Shown: positions 44,831 through 54,432 of the stretch, in pieces
Layout: each line of letters opens with the position of its first letter
Position numbering within the stretch: the stretch's first letter is position 1
Assembly (NCBI GenBank): GCA_050741915.1
Contig: JBOGEX010000126.1
Location: forward strand, 10,668-74,667
DNA from: Acidimicrobiia bacterium
GTDB taxonomy: Bacteria; Actinomycetota; Acidimicrobiia; Spongiisociales; ZC4RG35
Length of the DNA stretch: 64,000 bases
Direction of reading: 5' to 3'
Position numbers and translations under genes: made by a program
The notes under the pieces: model-generated
Told to the model about the DNA's origin: nothing
The model's input: only the letters and a program-made list of their open reading frames with translations
Database searches by the model: none

Positions 44831-46771
44831 CTAGATCACCCGCTCGTTTCCACCGTCGATCGGAATCTGGGCACCGGTGGTCGCTCGATAACGGTCCGAG
44901 CACAGATCAGCGACAATGGTCGCCACGGTCCTGGCGCTGACCTCAATCTTGAGCAGGTTGCGACGCTTGTAGTCCTCCACTTCGAGGCCATACGCGGCGG
45001 CCCGAGACCGAATCAGATCCTCGGTCCAGATGCCGGTGTCGAAAACACCGTCGGGGTGAACGATGTTGACTCTGATGCCGGCCTCGGCCCATTCCAGCGC
45101 CGCGACGCGGGCGAGCTGAGTCAAGGCGGCTTTCGAGGCCGAGTACGCCGCCGCTCCCTTGCCTGGAGCGGTGGCATTGCGCGAAGCAACCACCGCCACT
45201 CTTCCTCCTACCGGCGATCGACGCAAGAACGGTTCGAGATCACGCAGCAGCGCACCAACCGCCCGCACATTTACTGCCATGACCCGATCCCATGAGTCCA
45301 AGTCGAGGTCGGCCACGTTCTGGGACTCCCCGAAGACGCCAGCTCCGATGACGGCGATGTCGATCCCCCCGAAGTGATCGATAGCCTGGGCAATGGCCGC
45401 CTGTTGCTCACGATCCTTGGTGACGTCGAGTTGCAACCCGAGACAGCCGGGCTCACTGATCGTCGGATCAGCGATGTCGAACCCGACTACTGCCGCTGCC
45501 CGATCGAGAAGCTCCATGGCACATGCTCGACCGATGCCCGATGCCGTTCCGGTCACGAGAGCGACCATTCCCCCGAACTCGGGCGGCGGACCCGAACGCT
45601 GGAGCTTGGCCTGTTCGAGGTCCCAGTACTCGCAGTCGAAAAGATCCTCGGGCGATAGTGCCTGGTAGCCGCCCAGCTGATCTTCGGCGCGCTCCAGGAC
45701 CGGGATCGTGTGGTGGTAGATGTCGGCAGCTATGTCGGCTTCGGCTAGCGAGCGCCCGGTGGTGAGCATGCCCCACGCCGAATCGAGCACGACCCGCGGC
45801 GACGGATCGAGCATTTGCAGGTCGCGTCCTGTCCGCTCTTGGTTGGCCTCGAAATATTCGGTGTAGTCCTGGGCGAACTGGCCGACATCTCGCCCGATCA
45901 ACGGCGCGCGCTTGGTCCGGATGACGTGGTCGGGCGTGAGGGGACCGCGGCTAGCGAGCGAGGCGAGGTCGGGCCGAGATACGAACCGGGCGACATCGGG
46001 ATCGGCGTGGCGGCGGACAATCATCGGTGCTCCGGCCACCTGCGAAATCCTCTGGCGAAGCTCGGCCAGTTCAACCGGGTTGGACGGCGGCAGGGGCTTG
46101 GAAGTAGCTGTCGAGGGCGGCCCCAGGTAAAGCTCGGCTTTGGCAATCAACTCGACGTGCCGTTCATAGGCCTCGCGAGTGGTGTCGCCGAAGGTAAAAA
46201 GCCCATGGTTCATCAGGACCATTCCGATCGCCGAGGTATCGGTCGGCCACACTTTTCGAACCAGCCGAGCGAGATCGAATCCCGGCATGACATAGCGGAC
46301 AACCACCACGTCATCGCCGTAGGCGTCGCGGACGCGGGCGTCACCGTTGGCCAAGTTGGTCAAGTTGACGATTACATCGGCGTGCGAGTGCTGTACCGCC
46401 GGATAAGGGAGGAAGGCGTGAAGCAGGCTCTCCACTGATGGCTGAGGAGCTCCCGGGTCGAGGCGAGCTGCCGACAGCTCGCGCATCATTTCCTGATCGG
46501 AGATGGCCTCGAGGTCGAGCAGCTCGACGAGCCTGCTCATGCGCAAGGGTGTGAATCCGGCAGCTTCGATCGTGCTCAGGTCCCAGCCCGATCCCTTCAC
46601 GAAGAGAGCGTCGATCTCGATCCCGGTTATGTCGAGGTATGACCCCTTGACCGAAGTATTGCCACCACCGTGGAGCACGAGGCCCCGGTCGGATCCCAAA
46701 AGGCGCGAGCCATAGACACATTGCTCGAGCGGCGACGAACCGGCGTCGGCGTCTATCCAGCGGCTCTCCAT
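44831..46771 (-). CDS. Bifunctional class II aldolase/adducin-domain plus short-chain dehydrogenase fusion (RhaD/YuxG-like)
   Basis: Start at ATG 46771 (MESRWIDADAG...). N-terminal class II aldolase domain (HGGGNTSVK, metal-binding VQHSHADV). C-terminal SDR domain (TGTASGIGRA, YSASKAAL). 646 aa. Confidence 0.8.
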   Translation of the reverse strand: MESRWIDADAGSSPLEQCVYGSRLLGSDRGLVLHGGGNTSVKGSYLDITGIEIDALFVKGSGWDLSTIEAAGFTPLRMSRLVELLDLEAISDQEMMRELSAARLDPGAPQPSVESLLHAFLPYPAVQHSHADVIVNLTNLANGDARVRDAYGDDVVVVRYVMPGFDLARLVRKVWPTDTSAIGMVLMNHGLFTFGDTTREAYERHVELIAKAELYLGPPSTATSKPLPPSNPVELAELRQRISQVAGAPMIVRRHADPDVARFVSRPDLASLASRGPLTPDHVIRTKRAPLIGRDVGQFAQDYTEYFEANQERTGRDLQMLDPSPRVVLDSAWGMLTTGRSLAEADIAADIYHHTIPVLERAEDQLGGYQALSPEDLFDCEYWDLEQAKLQRSGPPPEFGGMVALVTGTASGIGRACAMELLDRAAAVVGFDIADPTISEPGCLGLQLDVTKDREQQAAIAQAIDHFGGIDIAVIGAGVFGESQNVADLDLDSWDRVMAVNVRAVGALLRDLEPFLRRSPVGGRVAVVASRNATAPGKGAAAYSASKAALTQLARVAALEWAEAGIRVNIVHPDGVFDTGIWTEDLIRSRAAAYGLEVEDYKRRNLLKIEVSARTVATIVADLCSDRYRATTGAQIPIDGGNERVI

Positions 46772-47529
46772 CAGTAGGGAGTGTCCCCGCCGTCGACGTT
46801 GATCGCTTGGCCCCGGATAATCAGAGCATCGTCGGAGAGGAGGAATGCGATGACCCGAGCGACCTCGGCCGGCTGGACCTTGCGACCCAACTGCGTCGGG
46901 CCCATTCCGGCCAGTAACTCGGCGGCGGGAACCCCAACTCGGGGCTCGAGCCATTGCGCCACCCCGGCCAGCATTGGGGTGTCGACCCCTCCCGGGCAAA
47001 CCGCGTTGACGTTGATGTTGTGCTCAGCCCATTCCATCGCCAGCGAGCGGGTAAGGCTGATCACGGCGGCTTTCGCCGCGTTGTAGGCCGCCATGTTCTT
47101 ATAACCGACCTTCCCGCAATTCGAGGCGACGTTGACGATCGCCCCGCCTCGTTCCTTGAGATGATTTCCGACCTGACGCGAACATAGAAAAGTTCCGGTG
47201 ACGTTGACGTCAAGCTGGTGACGCCAATCGCTCGCGCCTGCGTCCCAAGCCGTGTCGAGCACAACCGCCCCAGCGTTGTTGACCAACCCGTCGATGCCGC
47301 CCCAGGCATCGACGACCTCCTCCACCGCCGCGGCCACGTCTGCTTCGTTGGTGACGTCGCAAGCGATGGGAAGGGTACGGGCGATATCAAGGGCGGCAGC
47401 GGCCGTCCGCACGCGGTCACCATCCAGATCCACCATCGCCACCAGGGCGCCTCGCTCCAGCAAGACTTCCGTGATCGCCGAGCCGATTCCCCCTCCGGCC
47501 CCAGTCACCACGTACCTCCTGCCCTCCAC
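46771..47529 (-). CDS. Short-chain dehydrogenase/reductase (SDR)
   Basis: GTG 47529 (VEGRRYVVTGAGGGIGSA...). NNAG motif and catalytic YNAAK. Its stop overlaps the ATG of the aldolase fusion. Confidence 0.75.
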   Translation of the reverse strand: MEGRRYVVTGAGGGIGSAITEVLLERGALVAMVDLDGDRVRTAAAALDIARTLPIACDVTNEADVAAAVEEVVDAWGGIDGLVNNAGAVVLDTAWDAGASDWRHQLDVNVTGTFLCSRQVGNHLKERGGAIVNVASNCGKVGYKNMAAYNAAKAAVISLTRSLAMEWAEHNINVNAVCPGGVDTPMLAGVAQWLEPRVGVPAAELLAGMGPTQLGRKVQPAEVARVIAFLLSDDALIIRGQAINVDGGDTPY

Positions 47530-47534
47530 TGCGG

Positions 47535-48269
47535 CTACCACGTGGGGTTGGTAAGCACGCCCCCGTCGACCACCAGGTCGACGCCGGTGATGAACCTGGC
47601 CAGATCGGAGCACAGAAACACGCAGGCATCTCCGACATCGTCGGCTGTGCCCAGGCGTCCCAAGGGAACAGCCGACATCCAACGCTGCACTCCCTCCGGC
47701 CAGTCCCGAGCCAAACCGGGGCGATCGATCAGACCTGGGGAGACGGTGTTGATTCGGATGCGATGCCGGCCGAGCTCCGAGGCCGCCGCCCGGGCGTGCA
47801 TCCGCACCGCCGCCTTGGCAGTGGCGTAGTGGCCGTGTAAGGGCGCCGGCTGAATTCCCTCGATGGAGGCGATGTGGACGATCGATCCGCCCTCTCCCTG
47901 AGCGATCATTTGCCGACCAACCACCTGAGTCATGCGATGAACCGCGGTCACGTTGGTTTCCAGCATGGATCGGAAGTCCTCATCAGAAACGTTCAGCGTG
48001 GAGGCGAGCGGTTGGATACCGGCGTTATTGACCAATCCATCAACCCGGCCAAAAGCCTCCAACGCCGCTTCCACTATCAGGGTCGGAGTCGCGGCCGCAT
48101 TCAAGTCGACCTCGAGGACGACCTGTTTTGGTGCCGTGTCCAACACCGGAGAGGAGCGGGTGGCCAGCACCAAAGAAGCGTTGGCCGTGGCGAAGCTCCG
48201 GGCGATGCCCGCTCCCACCCCTCCACCGGCTCCCGTGACGATTATCACTCGGCCGCTGAGATCGATCAT
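47535..48269 (-). CDS. Short-chain dehydrogenase/reductase (SDR)
   Basis: ATG 48269 (MIDLSGRVIIVTGAGGGVGAG...). NNAG motif and catalytic YATAK. 245 aa. Confidence 0.75.
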   Translation of the reverse strand: MIDLSGRVIIVTGAGGGVGAGIARSFATANASLVLATRSSPVLDTAPKQVVLEVDLNAAATPTLIVEAALEAFGRVDGLVNNAGIQPLASTLNVSDEDFRSMLETNVTAVHRMTQVVGRQMIAQGEGGSIVHIASIEGIQPAPLHGHYATAKAAVRMHARAAASELGRHRIRINTVSPGLIDRPGLARDWPEGVQRWMSAVPLGRLGTADDVGDACVFLCSDLARFITGVDLVVDGGVLTNPTW

Positions 48270-48994
48270 CTGGTCCTGACCAAAGAAAAGGTGAAGCGTC
48301 CTTCGATGAAGTACGTGCGGTTGAACATCACTGGCCGAGCGCTGTCGTGGTAGTGAACCTGGGACAAAAGCACGTAGGCGGCGTTTCGTGGGCGCTTTCC
48401 CCAACCGATGTCGCCTCCGGCGGCGGCATGGATATCGGTAACGGCGGTGGCGACGTCGATGCCGTTTTTCGTCAGGGCTTCAAAGAGAGAACCAGTCAAC
48501 GACGACACCTCGAAATCCGGTGGCAGCAGGCGACGATCAATGGCGTCATAGGAGAACGCCACCACTTGGCCCGACGCCGTCAGCGAACGGTTGGTCGCAA
48601 TTACCAGAGCACCCTCACCCAGTTCGAGTCGGTCCCTTTCGTCGGGGGTAGCCGCTCTCACCCGGCGCGAGCGGTAGCTCATGCCCGGCTCGAGACCGGA
48701 GAAGCGAATGGTCGCCGACAAAGACTCGAGCCGGCGAAGATCGGCCCTGATCTCGGCCTGAGCAGGCGTGGCAAAGGTGCCGAGGCCATGACGAGTGATC
48801 GTGAGGCCCAAGCTCTCGAGCCGCCCGAGAGCGCTGCGAACCGTGGGCCGGGAAACGCCAAACTCGGCACTGAGCTGATGCTCGGTCGGGAGGCGCTCGC
48901 CCGGCTTCCACTCACCCCGTCGCAGCCGATCACTGAGCTCGGAAGCCACCTGGTCGGTCAGTCGGGAAGCCGGCACCGTTCGATCATACGGCAA
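48266..48994 (-). CDS. GntR-family transcriptional regulator (HutC subfamily: GntR HTH plus UTRA effector domain)
   Basis: N-terminal GntR HTH (LPTEHQLSAEFGVSRPTVRSALGRLESLGL) and a C-terminal UTRA-like domain. TTG start at 48994. Its stop overlaps the downstream SDR start. Confidence 0.8.
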   Translation of the reverse strand: MPYDRTVPASRLTDQVASELSDRLRRGEWKPGERLPTEHQLSAEFGVSRPTVRSALGRLESLGLTITRHGLGTFATPAQAEIRADLRRLESLSATIRFSGLEPGMSYRSRRVRAATPDERDRLELGEGALVIATNRSLTASGQVVAFSYDAIDRRLLPPDFEVSSLTGSLFEALTKNGIDVATAVTDIHAAAGGDIGWGKRPRNAAYVLLSQVHYHDSARPVMFNRTYFIEGRFTFSLVRTR

Positions 48995-49005
48995 ACGGTC
49001 GCGTG

Positions 49006-49018
49006 GTTGTCAGACAAC
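49006..49018 (+). promoter_or_regulatory. Perfect palindrome GTTGTCAGACAAC (putative GntR/HutC operator), site 1
   Basis: Lies 12 bp upstream of the gntR-like TTG start and overlaps the cupin stop codon. An identical 13-mer is at 50779-50791. Confidence 0.5.
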
Positions 49019-49462
49019 TCGCGTAAGGCGGGCGATCTCGCTCGACGCCTCTGGATACCGTCTCGTCAGACCTTCCCGATCCCCCAACTCGAACATTTCC
49101 GGCCGATATCCAGGGGCCATCGTCGCCCCTACCAGCGACCAAGCACCGGTCGTTTCAGAGCCCTGCCAAACCCCGGCCGGCACCGACAGACCCGGCCGCT
49201 CGCCGGCGGCTGTATCCATGCCGAGCAGGGGACGTTCGACCCGCCCATCGGGATTCAGCAGGAGAAAGCGCAAGGGTGCACCGGCGTGGAAGTGGTACGT
49301 CTCCCTTGCACTCAATCGGTGCATTGCCGAGAAGTCACGTTGCTGCACCAGGAAGAAGATCGCCGTCGAATATTCGTCGGCCAAGTACTGGGAGTACATG
49401 CCGCCCTCGTCTGGCAGCGGCTTCAGGCCCAAATCGGCGATCAGCCGTTCGGGTCCGATCAC
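49010..49462 (-). CDS. Cupin-domain protein (DUF985-like)
   Basis: 150 aa with the cupin beta-barrel signature (...ETYHFHAGAPLRFLLL...). Confidence 0.6.
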   Translation of the reverse strand: MIGPERLIADLGLKPLPDEGGMYSQYLADEYSTAIFFLVQQRDFSAMHRLSARETYHFHAGAPLRFLLLNPDGRVERPLLGMDTAAGERPGLSVPAGVWQGSETTGAWSLVGATMAPGYRPEMFELGDREGLTRRYPEASSEIARLTRVV

Positions 49463-50763
49463 ACCGACGCCAGAGACATTGCTCGGTCATTCACCTCCGA
49501 ACGGACTCCGGCCAGATCGACGGTCAGGACACCTGTCTCGTCGACAACGCGGCGCCCCCCTACCCACACCCCTTTTATGAGCCCGGGATGACCGGAGTAG
49601 ACGAGGTGGGTGATGAGGTCACGGTCTTCGGTAATCGGCACCAAGGAGTCGGTATCGAGCAGGATCATGTCGGCTCTCGCTCCGGTTCCCAGGTGCCCGA
49701 GATCCTGTCGGCCGAGCGCCAGTGCTCCTTCTCTCGTGGCCATTTCCAGGACGTCGGTGGGTCCCAGGGCACCGGCATCAGCTGCGCGCAGGCGGGCGAG
49801 ACGGAGGGCACCCCTCATATCTTCGAAGAGGTCGAGCCGATCGTGCGAGGCCGGGCCATCGGTCCCGAGGCCAACCCGGATGCCGGCCCTTCTCATCTCC
49901 GTCACCCGGGCAATGCCCGAGGCGTGCTTGCCATTCGACGAGGGGCAATGAGCCACGGCTGCCTCGTGCGTGGCGAGCATCTCGATGTCGTCGTCAGAGA
50001 GCCAAACCGAATGAGCCGCAACTACGGGAGAGTCGAGAATCCCAACTTTTTCGAGGTAGGCCGTTACAGACATGCCGGTGGTCGCGGTGACGGCATCTCC
50101 TTCATGTTCCGCTTCGGCCAGATGGATCTGGATGTGCATTCCGTTCTGCCGAGCCAGGTCGGCGACCATGCGCAAGGCTTCCTCGGCCACGGCATAAGCC
50201 GAATGAGGACCAAAGCCGACGCTGATCAGCTCGTGGTGCTGCCAGCGACGCGCTTCTTCCACCATCGCTTCGACTTGAGACTCCCAATCGCCGAAGCGAG
50301 CCAGGTCTGCGGCCACCAGGATCGGCGGTGTCACCACGCAGCGAAGGCCGGCGCGGTTGGCGGCGTTGGCCACCGCCCGGGGATAGAAGTACATCTCATG
50401 GCTGGTGGTTATCCCATTGCTCAAGAGCTCGGCGGCACCCAGCGTCATCGCCAGTTCCACGTCCGCGGGCGTGAGCCTTCCTTCCCGGGGCCACATCACC
50501 TCGGTGAGCCATCGCGAGACCGGCAGCCCTTCACCCGCCCCCCGCAGGAGGACCATGGGGGTATGGGCATGGGTGTTGATCAGCCCCGGTATAAGCAAAC
50601 CGTGCAGTTCGACTGATTCGCCTTCGAATCTGGGAGCTTCCACGGCAGGGCCAGACCAGGTCACCAGTCCGTCGGTCACGTCGACCGCCGCCCGCGCCAC
50701 TACCTCCGGTTGTGCCGTCATCGTTATCAACCGGTCGCAGAGGAACCTGGTCACGACCGGCAT
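49459..50763 (-). CDS. Amidohydrolase-superfamily nucleoside/nucleobase deaminase (MtaD-like MTA/SAH deaminase or related chlorohydrolase)
   Basis: Start at ATG 50763 (MPVVTRFLCDRLITMTAQPE...). Metal-binding HxH (INTHAHTPM) and downstream His/Asp residues of the ATZ/TRZ-MtaD family. About 434 aa. Confidence 0.7.
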   Translation of the reverse strand: MPVVTRFLCDRLITMTAQPEVVARAAVDVTDGLVTWSGPAVEAPRFEGESVELHGLLIPGLINTHAHTPMVLLRGAGEGLPVSRWLTEVMWPREGRLTPADVELAMTLGAAELLSNGITTSHEMYFYPRAVANAANRAGLRCVVTPPILVAADLARFGDWESQVEAMVEEARRWQHHELISVGFGPHSAYAVAEEALRMVADLARQNGMHIQIHLAEAEHEGDAVTATTGMSVTAYLEKVGILDSPVVAAHSVWLSDDDIEMLATHEAAVAHCPSSNGKHASGIARVTEMRRAGIRVGLGTDGPASHDRLDLFEDMRGALRLARLRAADAGALGPTDVLEMATREGALALGRQDLGHLGTGARADMILLDTDSLVPITEDRDLITHLVYSGHPGLIKGVWVGGRRVVDETGVLTVDLAGVRSEVNDRAMSLASV

Positions 50764-50778
50764 GGTAAGTTTCCGGTA

Positions 50779-50791
50779 GTTGTCAGACAAC
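50779..50791 (+). promoter_or_regulatory. Perfect palindrome GTTGTCAGACAAC (putative GntR/HutC operator), site 2
   Basis: In the divergent mtaD-like/mtnA region, 16 bp upstream of the mtaD-like ATG and overlapping the mtnA TTG start. Identical to site 1. Confidence 0.5.
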
Positions 50792-51844
50792 CTCGAAACC
50801 GCGTCGAACCTTCGGAGTGTCGACTGGGGCGACGACGCCCTGGTGATCATCGATCAGACCTTGCTCCCCGGGGAAGTGAGCTATTTGCGGCTCACCACCG
50901 TCGATCAAGTGGTGCGGGCTATCAAATCCTTGGCCGTGCGCGGAGCGCCCTCGATTGGGGTGGCCGGGGGTTTCGGAGTGATCCTCGCCTTTCGGGAGTT
51001 CTCGACCGAAAAGGCGCAGTTCGTCTCGGCGGTGGAGTCACTGCGCAGGGTTCGACCAACCGCCGTCAACCTCGCCCGATCGGTCGATCGGGTCGCACGA
51101 CGGGCGGAGGAGGGGATGGAAGCGATGCTGGCGGAGGCGACTGCTATCCGCGACGAGGAGATCGCGGCCTGCTGGTCGATGGGCATCAATGGCGCCGAGT
51201 TGCTTGTCGAGTTGTTGGGGAACCGCCCGCAGCGATTGATGACCATCTGCAATACCGGTGGCCTGGCCGCGGTGGAGCGAGGGACGGCACTGGGTGTGAT
51301 TCAGACGATGTTCGAGAGGGGTCTGCTGGAGGAGGCACTGGCGGTCGAGACGCGACCTCTTCTCCAGGGAAGCCGGCTCACCACCTGGGAGCTTGCCCGG
51401 ATGGGAGCGCCCTTTCGCCTGTTGGTGGATTCCGCTGGCCCTTTCGTTCTTGCCCGTGGTGGAGCAGAGGCGGTTCTGACCGGCGCCGACCGAATTGCTG
51501 CCAACGGCGACACCGCCAACAAAGTTGGATCCTTGGCCCTGGCGCTTGGCGCTAGGCACGCCGGGGCACCTTTCATCGTGGTCGCCCCAGAATCGACAAT
51601 CGACGAAGACACTCCCACCGGAGACATGATCGAGATCGAAGACCGCGGCGCCGCCGAGGTGATAGCCGCCGCCGGAATCCAGCTTGCGCCCGAAACCACC
51701 CAGGCTTTGAACCCGGCGTTCGATGTCACACCAGTTGAGCTGATCACTGCCATCGTTACCGACCGGCGGATCGTCAGAGTCGATCGAGGTGAAAAGCTCG
51801 CCGACGTTCCGTTGGGCGAGCGACGCCTCAGAGCTGAACAGTGA
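50780..51844 (+). CDS. mtnA: S-methyl-5-thioribose-1-phosphate isomerase (eIF-2B alpha/beta/delta-like)
   Basis: N-terminus ...RSVDWGDDALVIIDQTLLP (compare the RSVEW...DQ..LP family pattern). A conserved Cys/Asp-containing C-terminal domain. 354 aa. TTG start. Confidence 0.8.
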   Translation: MSDNLETASNLRSVDWGDDALVIIDQTLLPGEVSYLRLTTVDQVVRAIKSLAVRGAPSIGVAGGFGVILAFREFSTEKAQFVSAVESLRRVRPTAVNLARSVDRVARRAEEGMEAMLAEATAIRDEEIAACWSMGINGAELLVELLGNRPQRLMTICNTGGLAAVERGTALGVIQTMFERGLLEEALAVETRPLLQGSRLTTWELARMGAPFRLLVDSAGPFVLARGGAEAVLTGADRIAANGDTANKVGSLALALGARHAGAPFIVVAPESTIDEDTPTGDMIEIEDRGAAEVIAAAGIQLAPETTQALNPAFDVTPVELITAIVTDRRIVRVDRGEKLADVPLGERRLRAEQ

Positions 51845-51860
51845 AATAGGAGGAGGACCC

Positions 51861-52919
51861 ATGAAGAAGTACACCCAGTTGATGACCGCTGTGGGCGTCG
51901 TGACGTTGCTGGCAGCCTGCGCGGGCGAGAGCACCGCCACCACCAACGGCGGGGGTGGCACTGTGACGACGGGAGCCGCCGACGGGCCGACGTTCATCTA
52001 CATCACGCCGAACCCGATCGGCATCAACAAGTTCCTCGAGCTTGGACAGATCGGCACCCAGCGGGCGGCGGAGGCGACTGGCGGTAGCTTCAAAGTCTTC
52101 GAGAGCACCGATCTCAACAGCCGGCGAGCCAACGTCGAGGCTGCCATCGAGGAAGCTCCCGACGTAATCGTCCTCACGACGTTCGAGTTCACGGAGATGG
52201 CAGCCGAGTTTGCTCCCGCCATCCCCGAGCAGGAGTTCATCCTGATCGACGCCTGCCCCGAGTCCGAGTCGCCGATCGAGAACCTCCATTGCGGGGTTTT
52301 CCGCGAGCACGAAGGTGCCTACCTACTCGGTTTGATGGCGGGCAACCTCACCGAAAGCGGCCAGATCGGTTCGGTGGTGGCCCTCGACATTCCGTTCCTC
52401 CATCGTTGGTCGGACAGCTTCGCCCTCGGGGCGCAAACGATCGATCCATCGATCACCGACTCGCAGGTATTCATCGCCGGCGACAACCCGTTCTCCGATC
52501 CCGCCACCGCCAAAGAACAGGCCTTGGCTCTGGCAGCCCAGGGGGCGGATCAGATCTTCGCGGTCGGCGCAGGTTCTAACGGTGGAATCTTCGAGGCGGC
52601 CGTGGAGGAAGGATTCATGACCTACGGCGTGGACGTGAATCAGTGTCCCGATGCCCCGGGATCGATCGTCGACAACAACCTCAAGCTGGTCGACATCGTC
52701 GTCGAACAGCTCATCAACTCGATCCTCGACGGCAGCGCCGAACCGCTGACCTCGTTCGGTCTGGCCGAAGGTGGAACCGGCGTCGTTGCGATCTCAGACG
52801 AACTCGCCGATTCGGAGTGCCTGATCGCCGACTTTCCCGAGATTGTCTCCCAGGTCCAGACCGCGGCCGACCAGATCATCGACGGTTCGCTGGAAGTCCC
52901 CGACCCCCTATTCGGCTGA
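51861..52919 (+). CDS. BMP-family (PnrA/Med-like) nucleoside-binding ABC transporter lipoprotein
   Basis: ATG 51861 with a strong RBS AGGAGGA. Lipobox LLAACAG; BMP-family fold. Confidence 0.8.
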   Translation: MKKYTQLMTAVGVVTLLAACAGESTATTNGGGGTVTTGAADGPTFIYITPNPIGINKFLELGQIGTQRAAEATGGSFKVFESTDLNSRRANVEAAIEEAPDVIVLTTFEFTEMAAEFAPAIPEQEFILIDACPESESPIENLHCGVFREHEGAYLLGLMAGNLTESGQIGSVVALDIPFLHRWSDSFALGAQTIDPSITDSQVFIAGDNPFSDPATAKEQALALAAQGADQIFAVGAGSNGGIFEAAVEEGFMTYGVDVNQCPDAPGSIVDNNLKLVDIVVEQLINSILDGSAEPLTSFGLAEGGTGVVAISDELADSECLIADFPEIVSQVQTAADQIIDGSLEVPDPLFG

Positions 52920-52923
52920 CAAA

Positions 52924-54432
52924 GTGCCGAACGTGCTCGAACTCCGGGGAATCAGCAAGAGTTTCCCCGGAGTTCGTGCCAACGACGACGTGGACCTCGA
53001 GGTTCGCAAGGGCGAAATCCACGCCATCGTCGGTGAGAACGGAGCCGGCAAGACAACATTGATGTCAATCCTGTATGGATTGACGAGCCCCGACGCCGGG
53101 GAGATCATGGTTGATGGGCAATCCGTGCGATTCACCTCGGCCCTCGACGCGATTGCCGCCGGGCTGGGAATGGTTCATCAAGCCTTCAAGCTCTTCCCAA
53201 CCATGACCGTGGCGGAAAACGTGGTATTTCGCAACGAGCCTCGCCATGGCATCTTTCTCGATCGCGAGGAAGCAGCCGAACGAGTTCGAGCGTTGGGCTC
53301 GGAGTACGGGCTGGCGGTTGACCCGCAGGCACGAATCGAGGATCTGCCCGTCGGGGTTTTGCAACGGGTCGAGATTCTCAAGGCCCTCTATCGGGATGCT
53401 CAGGTTCTGATTCTCGACGAGCCCACGGCGGTCTTGACTCCGCAAGAAAGAGACAACCTCTTTGTAACCCTCCGGCGTCTCAAAGAGCGTGGGAGGACGG
53501 TGATCTTTATCACCCACAAACTTGCCGAGGTCATGGCGGTCTCCGATCGCGTCACCGTCCTGCGGGCCGGAAGGGCCGTCGCCCATCTCGACACCGCCTC
53601 GACCTCGCCGGCGGAGATGTCCCGGCTGATGACCGGACGGACCGTGGACCTCGACAGCCGCCCTCCACCATCGAATCTCGGAGCGCCGGTTCTCACCGTT
53701 GCCCACCTGACAGTGCGTGACGAGCACGGCTTCGCTCGGGTCGACGACGTTTCCTTTGAAGTCCGCTCCGGTGAGATTCTGGGGGTGGCGGCCGTGGCCG
53801 GCAACGGCCAGCACGAGCTCATCGAGGCGATCTGCGGTCTTCGGTCCCCCGATCAAGGATCGATCGCGGTGGGCGAGCGCGACGTTGCCACCGCCGACAT
53901 CGCTACCACCCGGCAAAGCGGCCTGGCATACATCCCCGAAGATCGGCATCGAGTGGGTACCGCTGCGGGAGGAGAGGTCTGGGCCAACCTGGTGATGGGA
54001 TTCCAGCGGTTAAAGCGATTTCGCCGGGGACGTTTCATTCGCCGGGCGGAGGTCGAAGAGCACGCGCGACGCATCATTGCCGATTACGACGTTCGCGTGT
54101 CGGGACCAGACGTTTCGGCCCACACTCTCTCGGGGGGAAACCTGCAGAAGGTGGTGGTCGGACGGGAGATGTCTCATGCCGCTCCGTTACTGGTGGCGGA
54201 ACAGCCGACCCGGGGTGTGGATGTCGGCGCCATCGAGTTTTTCCACCGCCAGCTCGTCGACTATCGGGATAAGGGCGGTGGGGTGCTGTTGTTGTCAGCG
54301 GAGTTGAGGGAGCTGCTGGCGCTTTCCGGCCGGATGGTGGTCATGTACGAGGGCCGGATAGTTGCCGAACTCGATCCGGCCGAAACGGACGAGGCAGAGC
54401 TGGGCTTTTTTATGACCGGGGGGACGAAGTGA
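52924..54432 (+). CDS. ABC transporter ATP-binding protein with two fused nucleotide-binding domains (nucleoside/sugar type)
   Basis: GTG 52924. Two Walker A / signature sets (GENGAGKTT ... LSGGNLQKV). Confidence 0.8.
   Translation: MPNVLELRGISKSFPGVRANDDVDLEVRKGEIHAIVGENGAGKTTLMSILYGLTSPDAGEIMVDGQSVRFTSALDAIAAGLGMVHQAFKLFPTMTVAENVVFRNEPRHGIFLDREEAAERVRALGSEYGLAVDPQARIEDLPVGVLQRVEILKALYRDAQVLILDEPTAVLTPQERDNLFVTLRRLKERGRTVIFITHKLAEVMAVSDRVTVLRAGRAVAHLDTASTSPAEMSRLMTGRTVDLDSRPPPSNLGAPVLTVAHLTVRDEHGFARVDDVSFEVRSGEILGVAAVAGNGQHELIEAICGLRSPDQGSIAVGERDVATADIATTRQSGLAYIPEDRHRVGTAAGGEVWANLVMGFQRLKRFRRGRFIRRAEVEEHARRIIADYDVRVSGPDVSAHTLSGGNLQKVVVGREMSHAAPLLVAEQPTRGVDVGAIEFFHRQLVDYRDKGGGVLLLSAELRELLALSGRMVVMYEGRIVAELDPAETDEAELGFFMTGGTK

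Noticed and set aside
49006-49018. Chance explanation for the exact 13-mer repeat
   Set aside because: This was considered, because about 30 random 13-mer pairs are expected in 64 kb. It is rejected as the sole explanation because both copies are perfect palindromes, sit at equivalent positions upstream of start codons, and flank a GntR-family regulator gene.
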